From the NCBI GenBank assembly GCA_965153455.1, contig OZ234493.1:20388213-20452212 (forward strand): a stretch of 64,000 nucleotides of DNA, given 5' to 3'. The position numbers were made by a program, and so were the translations under genes. Source of the stretch: Sphagnum compactum. Its lineage: Eukaryota. Positions 1 to 11,710 of the stretch are shown here, piece after piece (within the stretch, counting starts at the first letter, position 1; the number at the start of each line of letters is the position of its first letter). Under the pieces are notes generated by a model. The model did not search any database and was not told the origin of the DNA. It saw only the letters and a list, made by a program, of their open reading frames with translations.

Positions 1-2969
1 CATTGTACTGGTTTTAGATGAGGGTGTACATTCAGCTGCAACGAATGAGCATTGCTTGTGAAGAAGCTCATCATCATGATTTCAGTGGGCCCTGCATCCG
101 TCAACCATGGGTGCCATAAAAATCCATATCACATCAGGTCAAAAAACGCTGATTACTGACAGTGGTTTCCAGAATAAGAGAAACTCTGTATAGCTTCCGA
201 AGGATGCAAAGCTCCTGAGGCAAATTGCAATAAAAAAATGGAAAAACAACAGATTGTCTTTTCACTGACCTAATAAATGTGCTCCAAACCAATCTGTGAT
301 ACATTTTCCCACATTGCAGATTTGTGCCAAAGCATCACAAAACACAGCCAGAAGAGGAATGGACATAAAAGCAATTGAAGAAAGAAATCCAAAATCCTCC
401 AATTGACATTCATATTGCAAAGAGAGCATGTGTGAATTTTTTACCTGCTGCAGCAATTCCTTTTACTTGTTCAGGAGGAGTCTTTCTACTCTCTTCCACA
501 ACTGTAGATCTTTCAGAATTTGCTGCCCTTCTCATCTTCTGAGCTCATGCAGATGAAGAAGAAGATGTGCCTCCCTTCCAAATGGCAGAGAACTCATTTC
601 ATTTCACGCAACAAAAATCTTCCAAATTGTCTTGCCTCTTTAAGGTCCAATGAAATAGAGCAATCCTATTGGCTGAGCGTCATAAATTGGACCCCTGGCC
701 TTTAGACGAGGGTCCAAGACCAAAAAGTGGCAAATTGAGGCTAAACCTACATAGTACCAAGGCACCATTTTGTGTAGGGTAAAGACCTAGGGTGGGGGCA
801 TTCTCAAAATAAGGGGTCTACGACAAGGCAATAGCTAAGTCTGGCCCCACATTTAGGGAATGTCCCCCACCCATGGGCTAAAATGTCCCCTACCTATCAT
901 AAAGCATGAGGCAAAATTTATCATGAACCAAACGTATGTAGATGGTAGGGTTCTTATGCCTACTCCTCAATAGAGGGAGCGTTCTTACACCTATAAGTAG
1001 GTATAATTTCCCTCCCACCTTTGAGGAGTAGGCATAATATCCCTCCCAATTTCTAAGAGAGAAATTCATGAATATAAGGTGCCCTCCACATACACTACAA
1101 ATCTTTTTCTCTCAGTGGTTATGGAAGGAAAATCAATTGGTTTGGAGGCAAAAATAAGACCTCAAAGAAGAGCTCATGATTTGGAGAACCAAGATGCAAG
1201 CTAGGGACCTTAAGGTAAGGTCCAACTCAAGGATTCAATTTGCTTCAAAGGAGTCCAAATTGGTTCCTAGGAATTTGGACCTTGGACCCATCTAAAGTGG
1301 GCCTAAGTAAAGCCTAAGTAAGCCCTTTCCTTTTGGGATAATGAAGGGTGGAGATGGGTATCAAATTCTTGGTACCACCGGTTACCCTCTGGTTAACCCT
1401 CAATTTCAGTTTTTTTTTTTTTTTTCCTTTCTTTTTAAATTTTATTTCTAACAAATTCCAATTGTGGTTCCACACATAAATGGGACGAAGAACCTAGTTC
1501 CAGTGCTTGGTGGTTTCAATTCTCAAAGGGTGCAATCACAATCAAATGAGCCAATCCTTGTTTCAATAACAAGGATTCAAGGATTACATTTTCTTTTGGT
1601 CATTTATATTTTTCATAGAAAGATTTTTTTGGGTGAAACCTTTTGCAATATGTAACTAAAATTACATATAATTTTCTCAATACATAATTTCTTTGCATTA
1701 AAATTTGATGAATAACTAAGTTTTTTTTTAAGTGTACAAATTCTACCAAATTATATGTTTTGTTTTGAAAATTTATCTTAATTTTAAATTATATGAAAAT
1801 ATGTTAATTAATTTTATGAATTTTTTTTTTAATCATAAAATGCAACTTTACTTTAGATGTCATATACATTACACCCCATTTACATGTGGTAAAAGACTTT
1901 TAAAATTTTAAAATTATGTTCAATAGATTTTTATTTTAATTTTAATTTCAGAAATTTCAAATTTCAAGTGTTTTTTGCATGTGGGTAATCAATTAAAATT
2001 ATCTCAATTTTTTTCTCATCAAAATTCCATTATTAAAAGAGTCAAGTTAGCTTAGTAATTGACAAAATTGACTACTTTTGATGCAACTATTGTTCAAGTT
2101 CAAAGGTCCTTTATTGAAACCAAAACCCAAATAATTTTTGTTTTGAATTCTTCAACATCATATTAGTCATTTTGCACAACTTCCCATGATTACCATGACA
2201 TTAAAGTGGCACCACAAAAACATATCTAACAAAATTACAATTTGAAAAACATTTGACGGTTGTCTGACATGGTTTTTAGCTCGTTTGATTATGAATGCAC
2301 CCCAAAATCAAACTTGTTTTTTTCATTTTATCATTTTGCTGACAAAAGTAAAAAGTTTTGAAATTTTTTACTATAATAAATGTGAAAAAAATTAAAAATT
2401 CAGCAAATTAAGTACACTGGGTTTGCTTACAAAAATGATAGTGTTAGCTGTGTTCATAACAACTTGCATACACATGCCACCAAGTTGTGTTCATGTTTGT
2501 TCCCACCATATTATTTCTTGTTCTTGAACTTAAACTTTTATTTGCAATGTTTCCATGTTTGATACATCTTAGTTTCACATTCTCATATTACATTTGCCAA
2601 CCTTTCCTTTCTTGTTTTAACATACACATTTTAGTTTGAAATTTTTGCCTCAATTTTTTGTGTAGAATGATGGACAATGAAGGACAAATATTTATTACTA
2701 CTTCATTTCAAAAAATATCACGGGAAATTAAGAGGATGCAATTTGTGAAAAAAAAAGCTTGTAGAAATGAAAGAGTAACAACCACGCAACATCATCCATT
2801 GTGTAAAGAAAGAATCGTCCAATTGGTAAACCTAGAAAACAACAAAATGTGAAACTTTTGAATGAACAAAAGATGAAAAAAGAGGCCATTGACAACAAGA
2901 GACCATCAAAATGTATGAAGAAACAAGGGGAATATCAAAATTGGTTCCAACCACATCTATGGCCACAAA

Positions 2970-3339
2970 TCTTATATATAATTACAAACATGGTGTCTGT
3001 GCGTGCGTGCGTCTGTCCGTTTTTACCTTTTCGAAGTTACCTAATTTACCTAAGTTACTTTTTACTAAGCGGCAGTTAGGAAGTTACTGCAGGGGGGGGC
3101 AGCAGGGGTGGGGCGGGCCAGCAGGGGTGGGGGGGGGGGGGTAGCAGGGGTGGGGCGGGCCAGCAGGGGGGGGGGCAGCACAGGTGGGGGGGGGGGCCAG
3201 CAGGGGGGGGACGGGCGGGAAAGGACCGGACGGGGGAGTGAAGGGAGTGTTTTTTTTTTTTTTTTTCGTATTTTTTGGGTCCTCCCTCCTTTTCTTGGGG
3301 GTGGCTGGAGTGGCGTAGCCACGGGTTACCAACAACTCG
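2970..3339 (+). mobile_element. Non-autonomous Helitron-like element (370 bp)
   Basis: 5' TC after host A(2969). (GCGT/GTCT/GTCC)-type microsatellite near the 5' end. 3' hairpin GTGGC-GTA-GCCAC at 3310-3322, then CTCG at 3336-3339 before host T(3340). No TSD. Removal rejoins the flanking frame as WPQILVKMKRYGS. Confidence 0.75.
3091..3245 (+). repeat. G-rich minisatellite with G-quadruplex potential
   Basis: Repeated AGCAGGGG(T)GGGG(CGGGCC) units with many runs of >=3 G separated by short loops. Confidence 0.85.
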
Positions 3340-6300
3340 TTTTAGTAAAAATGAAAAGATATGGAAGCAACAAGACTGTTTTTGCATTCTTGTAGACCGA
3401 ATTTACAAATCATTAGGCATTTGTAGTCCATATGTAAAATTGACCAAGAGAACAATGTGGAAGTGGTTTACAAAGGATGGGATGTTAAAAATATATATAT
3501 TTAGGTTGCATAACATGCGATAGTAATGAAAATGCAAAATAAAACATGTCTGAACTTGAAGAGCATCCCAGGTTGAGAATTAAAATGGTGTGCATATTGC
3601 AAAAAATGAAACAAACAGGCCAAGCATTATCAACAAATATTATGCAACTCATCTTCAAAGGTATGATACAATCCATCATTTCTAAACTCATAAAACTTGG
3701 ACGTGGAAGGTTTACTATCACAAGAAAGTGGTTTAGACAATTCATGAAACACTACATGTGTTGGATTTACTATATGACAACCATTATTGCAAACAAAATT
3801 CCAGCAGATTAACTTGTTAAAGGTTGCACCATGGCTTATTGGGTTGCTTATTTGGTGAAGGCATATTCCATTCCACCAACACTTGTTGAGAATAATGATC
3901 AAATTGGAGTCCATCTTGTCCTTAATGATGGTGGAAAAACCTAGGAATCAAAGGATACCAAACATGGAAATGTTAAATTTGGAAAATAAAAGGGAAATCA
4001 CAATTGTGGTATCCTCCAATGTTGTATTTCCATCACAAATTGTGTTTATCAGCACTACATTCACAACACTTCCGCCAAACAACCGAGGAAAAGCAAATTG
4101 CATCAGAGATGGTTGGGACCTCACTTTAAATGAAAACCATTAGTCATCCTTAAAAACAACTAAGAATTTTGTCACAAACATTTTCCTTCCTTACATGCAA
4201 TCACAAATTCAAATTTGGGGTTAAATAAGGAGAAAAGATGGTGTGAATAATAAATTGTTGGAGTGTCCATCAATTAAAAATTGTAAATTGGATAAAAAAA
4301 ATGCAAACATATTGCTGAGTTTTATTATTATTAATTGCACAAGTGAATTATATCTAGCAAATGTGATTTTCTAGGAGCCATTCAAGTGTGCATTCAAAGT
4401 TCATTTCAATTCATGGATTTCTCAAACTATTAAAGACCATATTGATGATTAGGAGCCAATGGTAGATTTTTAAATGTGCAGTTTGAAACTTAAAATTTGT
4501 GGTTGGTTACTTGAAACATGGATAGAAGTAAAAACAATGAAACCAACAATCATTAAAGGATGGGACAAGACATGCATCATTAGAACTTTCTTATTTGCAT
4601 TTTAGCTAGTAGCTATGGAAGCCAACATTCCAACCACTCTTCAAAGAAATAACAATTGTAGGAAAAATAGTGGAGGTGGATATTGATGTTGATCTAGCCT
4701 TTCCAATGTCAAAAATTATTGAACAAAACCTCCAACTTATATATGCACCACCATCCATAAACGTAAGGCCATTAGGAACAATACACTAAATACATGTTTT
4801 AATTAAGAAGATTTTTTTTTAGGATGATGCATTTTGAGATGGTGAATTTAGCTTGATTGAAATAGATAAATAGGTATCCAAAATTTTTTATGATGGATTT
4901 TCAAAAACTTAGAACCACGGTTCTTTAAAAACTGAAAGAACCACCCAACACTACTTGAAACCATGAAACCATAAGACATTCATGTTTTGTTGTTGGGTTG
5001 TTGCTTCAAAGTTTGTTGTTAAATGTGTTGCATTTCTTTAAGAAATTTAGTTTTCTTGGATTGCAGCAACAATATTTGTCATTGTTGTAGATGTGTCACA
5101 ATTCCCTTAAAATATGGATTTTCCGATTTTCCAGTAACTTGTTATTATTTTGATTATATAACCTATTATTATGTTGTTATATATTACTTGTTATTATTGG
5201 TGTTATAGATGTGCCACAACTCTCTTTGGATTATATGGTTTTTATAATTCTCCAACAACATGTTAATTTGAATCTAAAACACGTTGCTACTTTGAATTTT
5301 CAACTTTCTATTTTGAGATAAAAGACAATATAATCTCCAAATTAAACCTTTACAAGAGAAAACATTTTCTAAACTTATGACAACATTTGAAAAGATTAAA
5401 CGTTTGCATCAACTTTGATATAAACTTGGATGGCAAATAAACAAAACCAAAGCAAAAGACACCCATATTATTTTCCTTCATCACACAAAAGGTACAAATA
5501 TTGTTGCTTAACCTTTATCACAATGTCAATTACATTGTTGTTGTTGTGCAACAACTCCTATGCAAATTGAACCTTATTTTGAAATAGTTGCAATTGCATG
5601 ATTTATAGTACTAGATAATTTCCACTTAGTTTGGCATGTTGTTTTCCTTACATCACTTGATTTTTTTTCCCAAACATGTTTTTTAATGGGCCTCCCAAGT
5701 AAAGCTTAAAGATGGACAATATCATGTGGTCTGCAACTTCATGAAAAAATTTGAATTGATCTTTTGAAATGTTTTAATGAGTTAGGCTCACAATTATTAG
5801 CATTATTAGGTTTGTTGAACTAAGTATTGATGATGTCAAGTTGTTTTTTAATCCTATGACATTAACAATATTGGCAACAATGTTGAATTGGTTAAAACTA
5901 ATGTGAAGAAGTTGATAAAATCATGTTTGTCAGATGTAATTAATTTGATTTTGTATCCATAAATAGGTTTTGCATTGTCATGATCGCTACTATTGCCAAC
6001 AATGCCACCACCTACTTGTTCCATTTTTAGATCCAAGTTGATGAAGTTGTTGATTCTTGGATGTTACAAAATGGAATGGTGGATGTATAATTATTATTAT
6101 TCTATTAGTTGGAGTTACATCGCCATTGAGTAGGGAATTAATACTTTGAGGAGATGTCTACCACATTCTTGCAAGGCCGATGGGTTCAAAAGTTGGGTGC
6201 ACCTTCACCTTTGGATTGCAATTGCAATGAACCAAATTTTTTAAATGTAAAATTGATTGAAATATAGGTTTTGGGATCAATTTGATTCCATCCTTTCGAT

Positions 6301-8497
6301 GATGTGCAGTCCCATGATCAATTGGTGAATTTCAGTTATCACTATTTTGTGTAGGAAGATCAATTGATTCATTAATGTTATAGCAGGGCAACTAGTTTCC
6401 CATGAGTTGAACTTTGTGGACGCTAATTAGTTGGTCATGTGGCAATAAAGAAACTTGTAGCAATTCAAAACTATTAATAATTAATTTATCTTATGGCATC
6501 AAGGAGACTTTTAATAATTCGAATTATTTTTACATTTAATGTCACAAGGTTGTTTTGTTGGTCAAATCAAATGGGGGTGGAAGAGAAAATGAAATAGTGT
6601 ATTGAATTTTTTTATTAGCTGCTTTTCTTTCACATTGAAACTCTTAATCCCTTTGATTTGAAGCCTCAAATTCCAAGGTGGCATTTCTTGGATTGGTGTT
6701 CATTGAGTTAATGTACATCAACTTCCAAAAGTCATCATCATGCACTATTATAGTCTATTGTTCAACATGATGAAATATGGTAATGCCTTTTTCTATTTTC
6801 TTCACCTTCATTTTTCCCATGTAATCTAGATTTATTATTAGACTTGAATGCCCAATGAAATTGGCAAAATGTTGCAAACATCAATCGTTCTAGTCTATTG
6901 TTTGATTCAAACTAGCCAAAGAAACGAAACCTCAAGCAACTCAAACTACTTCTAAATTTATCTACTTTATTTCACGACCATCTTCACCTACAATCACTTT
7001 TTCCTCATATATATTATTCACCAAAACACGGTCCAAGTGGTTTGCTTATCATATGTTGCTACTTTGACAATACCATTGCCAAATATGTAATCCAACTTAT
7101 GATTGTACAAAACTTTTTGCAAGTTATAATTTCATACCAGAGTTCAATATAAGATTTCAATTGTTGCCTTTGTGCACTATCACACATTTTTCTATTGCCA
7201 TAATGGACATTATGTACATGTAAACTTTTAAAACTTTATGTTTTATATAATAACATTAGCAATGAAAGACCATCTTTTCTTGTGCAATTCATGTGCAATG
7301 AACATGACCTTGTCTTTGAATACGTCGTCATATATTTTTTGATTTCGAAGTCAATTTCATTACCCATTAGTTATAACAAGGTTTTGGTGATATTGTTTAT
7401 CATCATAGCATAGGATTTCCATCTATTCTTCAATTAAATATAAATATTCCATTGCATAAAGACATTATGTGATTTTTCAAATGCGTGCATTTACATTAAA
7501 ATTTGAAAAAGTCCATTCTCAAAAGGGTTTTGTTCTTTATAAAATGTCTAACTTAACATTCCAAATGCTGTTTTGAAATCCACCAAATTGAACATGGTGA
7601 ATGGCAAATGCAAGGTGGCATTTGTTAAAATTCACTATAAAATGACTTGAACTAACTAAATAAAATAATTACCCAAAAAATCATTGCAAGTGAGAAAATA
7701 AATTTTAATGTGCAACAAAGAAATGATTTAAAAAATGTGCAACCAAAAATTCAATACATGTTTTCCCATATCATGTTTTCATTCATAATCAAACAAGTTA
7801 ATAAATGATAATGAAAGAAATTAAATACCAAATTATTTTAAAACCAAGATAATAATACATGCAATCATGCTAAAATGAAAAAACATGTAACTTAATGTGT
7901 GATTGAAAATTGAATACAAGTTTTTAATGTAAACTTGCATTTTAGAATTTATTTTGAGGTTTGATAAAAAAACTAAAAGAAGCAACCAAAAAATAATGAA
8001 AAGTAAATAAATTTAACATGCGGTCACTAAATTAGTATATTTGATTGAAAAGAAAAATTTAAAAATTACTTTAATGTGCTATGAAAAGCTTAATACTTAT
8101 GACCTATATCTGTATATATATATAGAATGTGCTAGTACTATAACCTCTTAGCTAGCAAAAAACCTTTGGATTAATCCAAGGTTATATAGTGTCAATTGAA
8201 AAAAGAAAAAGAAAAGATAATTCATACTTTCTTTGAACTTTGCAAATATTATGATGCCATTTGCATTAGCTCCTAGTTTCATTTTTTATATACATGATTT
8301 ATACATTGTAAACAAATAAAGGAGTAAAACATATTTTAAATTTGATGATCATGAGTGAAATCTTTGAGCAAGGTTGAAGGTTCCAAAATAAGGCCAAATC
8401 CCACCAGCTCGCGCTTCCCCTATCCTCCCATTTTATTGAACCTTTGTATGTTCCCATATGTTAAACACATTTTGTACATTAATGTTATAACCTTTGT

Positions 8498-8501
<4 letters not shown>

Positions 8502-8528
<27 letters not shown>
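8502..8528. repeat. (TA)n microsatellite
   Basis: Visible alternating TA run. Confidence 0.9.
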
Positions 8529-8532
<4 letters not shown>

Positions 8533-8885
8533 TAAAAGTAAAGAGTTGGGGATTAATTTTTTGGTCAATTTTGTGATGTAGTCAATTAATGTGATATATT
8601 TTCAGCTAGCCATTAGAAGCATAAAGCACTTGGTTATAAAAAATTTAATTTTCAAAAATAACTTTTTGATTATATATGACCAACAAAAAAAGGTTGACCA
8701 GAGGGGGGGAGAAAGAGGAAATGAAGGAGGGTGAGAAAAACATGGAATTTTGGGAATAAATAAATAAAAATAAAAAATTCATGTCCCATGCGAAAAAATG
8801 ATTTTATGAATGAGTTGATTTTGAAAAAAGCCAAGATTTTTTCTGTCTTTTATTCAATAAATAAATGATATTACAAAAATTACTT

Positions 8886-9035
8886 TTGGATTGGGTAATA
8901 TCATCCAAACTTCATTGAACCTATGAGAATTTCTCACGATTGCTAGAGGCATTGTTTTAAAACCCACGTTGGATTGGGTAATATCATCCAAACTTCATTC
9001 AACTTATGAGAATTTCTCATGATTGCTAGAGGCAT
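8886..9035 (+). repeat. Direct duplication of ~67 bp (period 83)
   Basis: TTGGATTGGGTAATATCATCCAAACTTCATT...TTGCTAGAGGCAT at 8886-8952 and 8969-9035. Confidence 0.85.
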
Positions 9036-11054
9036 ATAACTTTTAAAATTTTTAGGTAGGAAACCTTGACACTATGTCCTTGTGTGAATGCACCCTCTGG
9101 TGCTAGTTAACATTAATCTAGGAGGATAACTATATGTATGACATGTGACATTTTGTTAATGCCTATTTAGGTGTTAAGACTCCTACCACTAACCTTAAGT
9201 GTGAAGTCACCTTTGCGATATTATATACTTTTTGAGAAAAAATTGATGAAAGGTGTTTTTTTGGTGTGTTTTTGAGGGTTTTTAATTACCAAAATTTTAG
9301 TAAATTTCAATGTTTTAAACAATCATCAAATTTCATATTAAGTTCCAGTACTTAGCTAAAATTACAAAAGGATGCTAAAATTTTCCCACTTTCATATTTT
9401 TCATAGTCACATTTGGCTGAATTGCCTGATGGATAATTGGCCTGTTAGGAGCATAAAAAAATTCAAAAAAAGAAAAAAGAAAGAAAAAAAAGGTCATTAC
9501 AGCTGTGAATCCCACCTTGAGGAGGACCCATTTGCAAGCAAGCCTTCAATTGAAGGGCCCATGTGCCGCTACCCTTCATGTGTCGAGATGGAATGTTCCA
9601 CAAACTAGCTATCAAATAAAGAGACTCACCACAAAAAGTACCCTTTAGAATATATAAAACTCCTCAAAAGTTTGTCGTACCTAAAATAATAAGTCCAACC
9701 ACGTTGTGGAAATATATTAATTTGTAAACACTTGATAAGTGCAAACACGATGTTTTTGGAATTTCAAACAAATATGGGTGACGAAGATTTTAAAATATTT
9801 ATTATTGGGTTGCATTGGGCTTTCTAAGAGCTTTCATATGGTCTACCGATCGAGAATTTTCCACATACATTTGGGTGAAGTTTGGTAAAATAAGTGCATA
9901 CATTGGGTCTTTAGCTGATCACCATATTGTCTGCACTTGGGACTACACCAACGAGGGTGGTGAGAATTATACCTGGGTTACAAGCCACTAACTCTCCAAA
10001 CATTCCGTGAGTTAACCCTGCAATTCCAACATTGGAATTTGGGATCTCCTTGAAGCTTGCTCCTTTTCAAGGATACTCACATTCATATTCACATTCCAAA
10101 AATTGGAAGGCTTTATTATTAGTTGAAGAATCACATTTTGATTTGAACCTTTTTTTTTATGAATACTTTACTTGGTTGGTATGGGTGTCATATATTAATG
10201 CGCGCATTAGTGCATTGTCAAAAGGCATTAAACGTGATCAATGAAGGTTTAAATTCAACCTTGGGTAACACTTGGCCTGGTCATGTATGAGCTCAATCTA
10301 ACTTTGCCAAATCATTGGACCTTGCTTTATTTTGGTAGAAATTTTTACCAAAGCTTTCTAAGTGTATAAGCTTTGAATCCAACTATTGGATTGTAATCAC
10401 ATTCATGAATGACTAGATTGAACCAAATTTCTAACTTGAAATAAAATTAAAACGGTTATGGAAATGGGTTAGGCACTTAAAAAGTTGAAGGCTCATCAAA
10501 AGTTACATATACTTTAAACAACGAGTACATATTAAAAAAAACTACATATCTTCCAAAAGCTACATATCTTTCAAATATAGAGACTCTTTAATAACAAGCC
10601 CCACCACTGATATTGCCCATTAAAACATCAAGTATATCCAGTCTCACACAACATCTCTTGATATTCTTATCAAATTATGTTAAGGTATTTTTGAACAGGT
10701 GTTGATCATTTCGAAGAATTTCAGAAAAAAAGATGCCCTTCATATTTGAAGGGTCCCACAATTGTTGCATTTCACTAGTTGGGCTAGATGCCATTGAAGG
10801 ACATTTGAAGCTTCAATTGTTGGATGGGAGTATATTCAACTAATTTATAAGAAAATGTTCTGTGGGCCAGAATTTAGAATGCTTCTTCTGCTCTGTAGAT
10901 CACCTTCCGTGTTTTGTGTTTTAAATTGGTGATGTTTCTGGAAGTGGCCGTCACCCATAAAAAGATTTAAGCAAATTTGGATATAGACCAGAAAAATGAA
11001 ATTAAAACATTTAAAGCATCCTTCTATATATTTTCAGCTGCCTACTGGGACTTA

Positions 11055-11250
11055 CGGTGCATTCCCACTTGATGTTAAATCAATGTAAAATGGAAATCTA
11101 GGTGGCATCCTAGGTGGCATCCAATGTTAAATGGGCAATAGCTTAATGTTAAGTGAATGTTAACTTGACATAAATCTTCATGATAAGTAAGTTTAAGTCT
11201 TAAATGACTAGTTTGGTGTTAAGGGACTCAACACTAGAGTCTGTAACACC
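11055..11250. mobile_element. Tourist/PIF-Harbinger-like MITE, truncated copy
   Basis: Starts TTA|CGGTGCATTCCCACT; its body is the diverged reverse complement of the element at 11416-11623. Confidence 0.65.
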
Positions 11251-11415
11251 ATGGACGTATCTTTACTAGAGGAATCTGGAAACTCAAAAACCTTGAAAAT
11301 CCACTTTCTAGTTTCACTAGGAAAGCGCTGAACAACATCCTCTCTGCCTTTAAAAAAGTAAATTAAAAAAATTTCAGCTGCTTTTTTCCCAGCCGTTAGT
11401 CTTTGTCAATACTAA

Positions 11416-11623
11416 AGGTGCATTCAGACTTGGTGTTAGGGACTCTAGTGTTGAATCCCCTAAACACCATGCTAGTCATTTAGGACTAAACCTACTTACC
11501 ATGAAATTTTTATGTTAACATTCACTTATCATTAAGCTATCACCCATTTAACCTTGAGTGCCACCTAGGATACCACCTAGATTTTCATTTAACACTGACT
11601 TAACATCTAGTGTGAATGCAGCA
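11416..11623. mobile_element. Tourist/PIF-Harbinger-like MITE, complete copy (~208 bp)
   Basis: Imperfect TIRs AGGTGCATTCA...TGAATGCAGCA, flanked on both sides by TAA (11413-11415, 11624-11626). Confidence 0.7.
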
Positions 11624-11710
11624 TAAGGTGATACTAAGGTTCGGCCAAATACGGCCTATGTGTAAAACCTCAATAGATAGTCTACAACTTGTCTGAAACC
11701 AAACATGTTA

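Larger units (their letters stand above)
2849..4700 (+). pseudogene. Decayed pogo/Fot1-like DDE_1 transposase relic, interrupted by a Helitron-like insertion
   Basis: Stop- and frameshift-riddled frames read NWFQPHLWPQ.., MAYWVAYLVKAYSIPPTLVENNDQIGVHLV (first-Asp N-x-D-Q-T-like motif), KREITIVVSS, ENH and NCTSEL..VIF*EPFKCAF (resembles P-x-N-C-T-S-x-L-Q-P-x-D). No TIRs recognised; boundaries approximate. Confidence 0.6.

Noticed and set aside
1..640. Possible 5' UTR or first exon of a minus-strand gene leaving the window
   Set aside because: Leader-like composition and possible splice signals, but no recognisable coding sequence within the window.
3065..3395. Pro-rich and Gly-rich ORFs (extensin-like)
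   Set aside because: Artefacts of translating the G-rich minisatellite in several frames.
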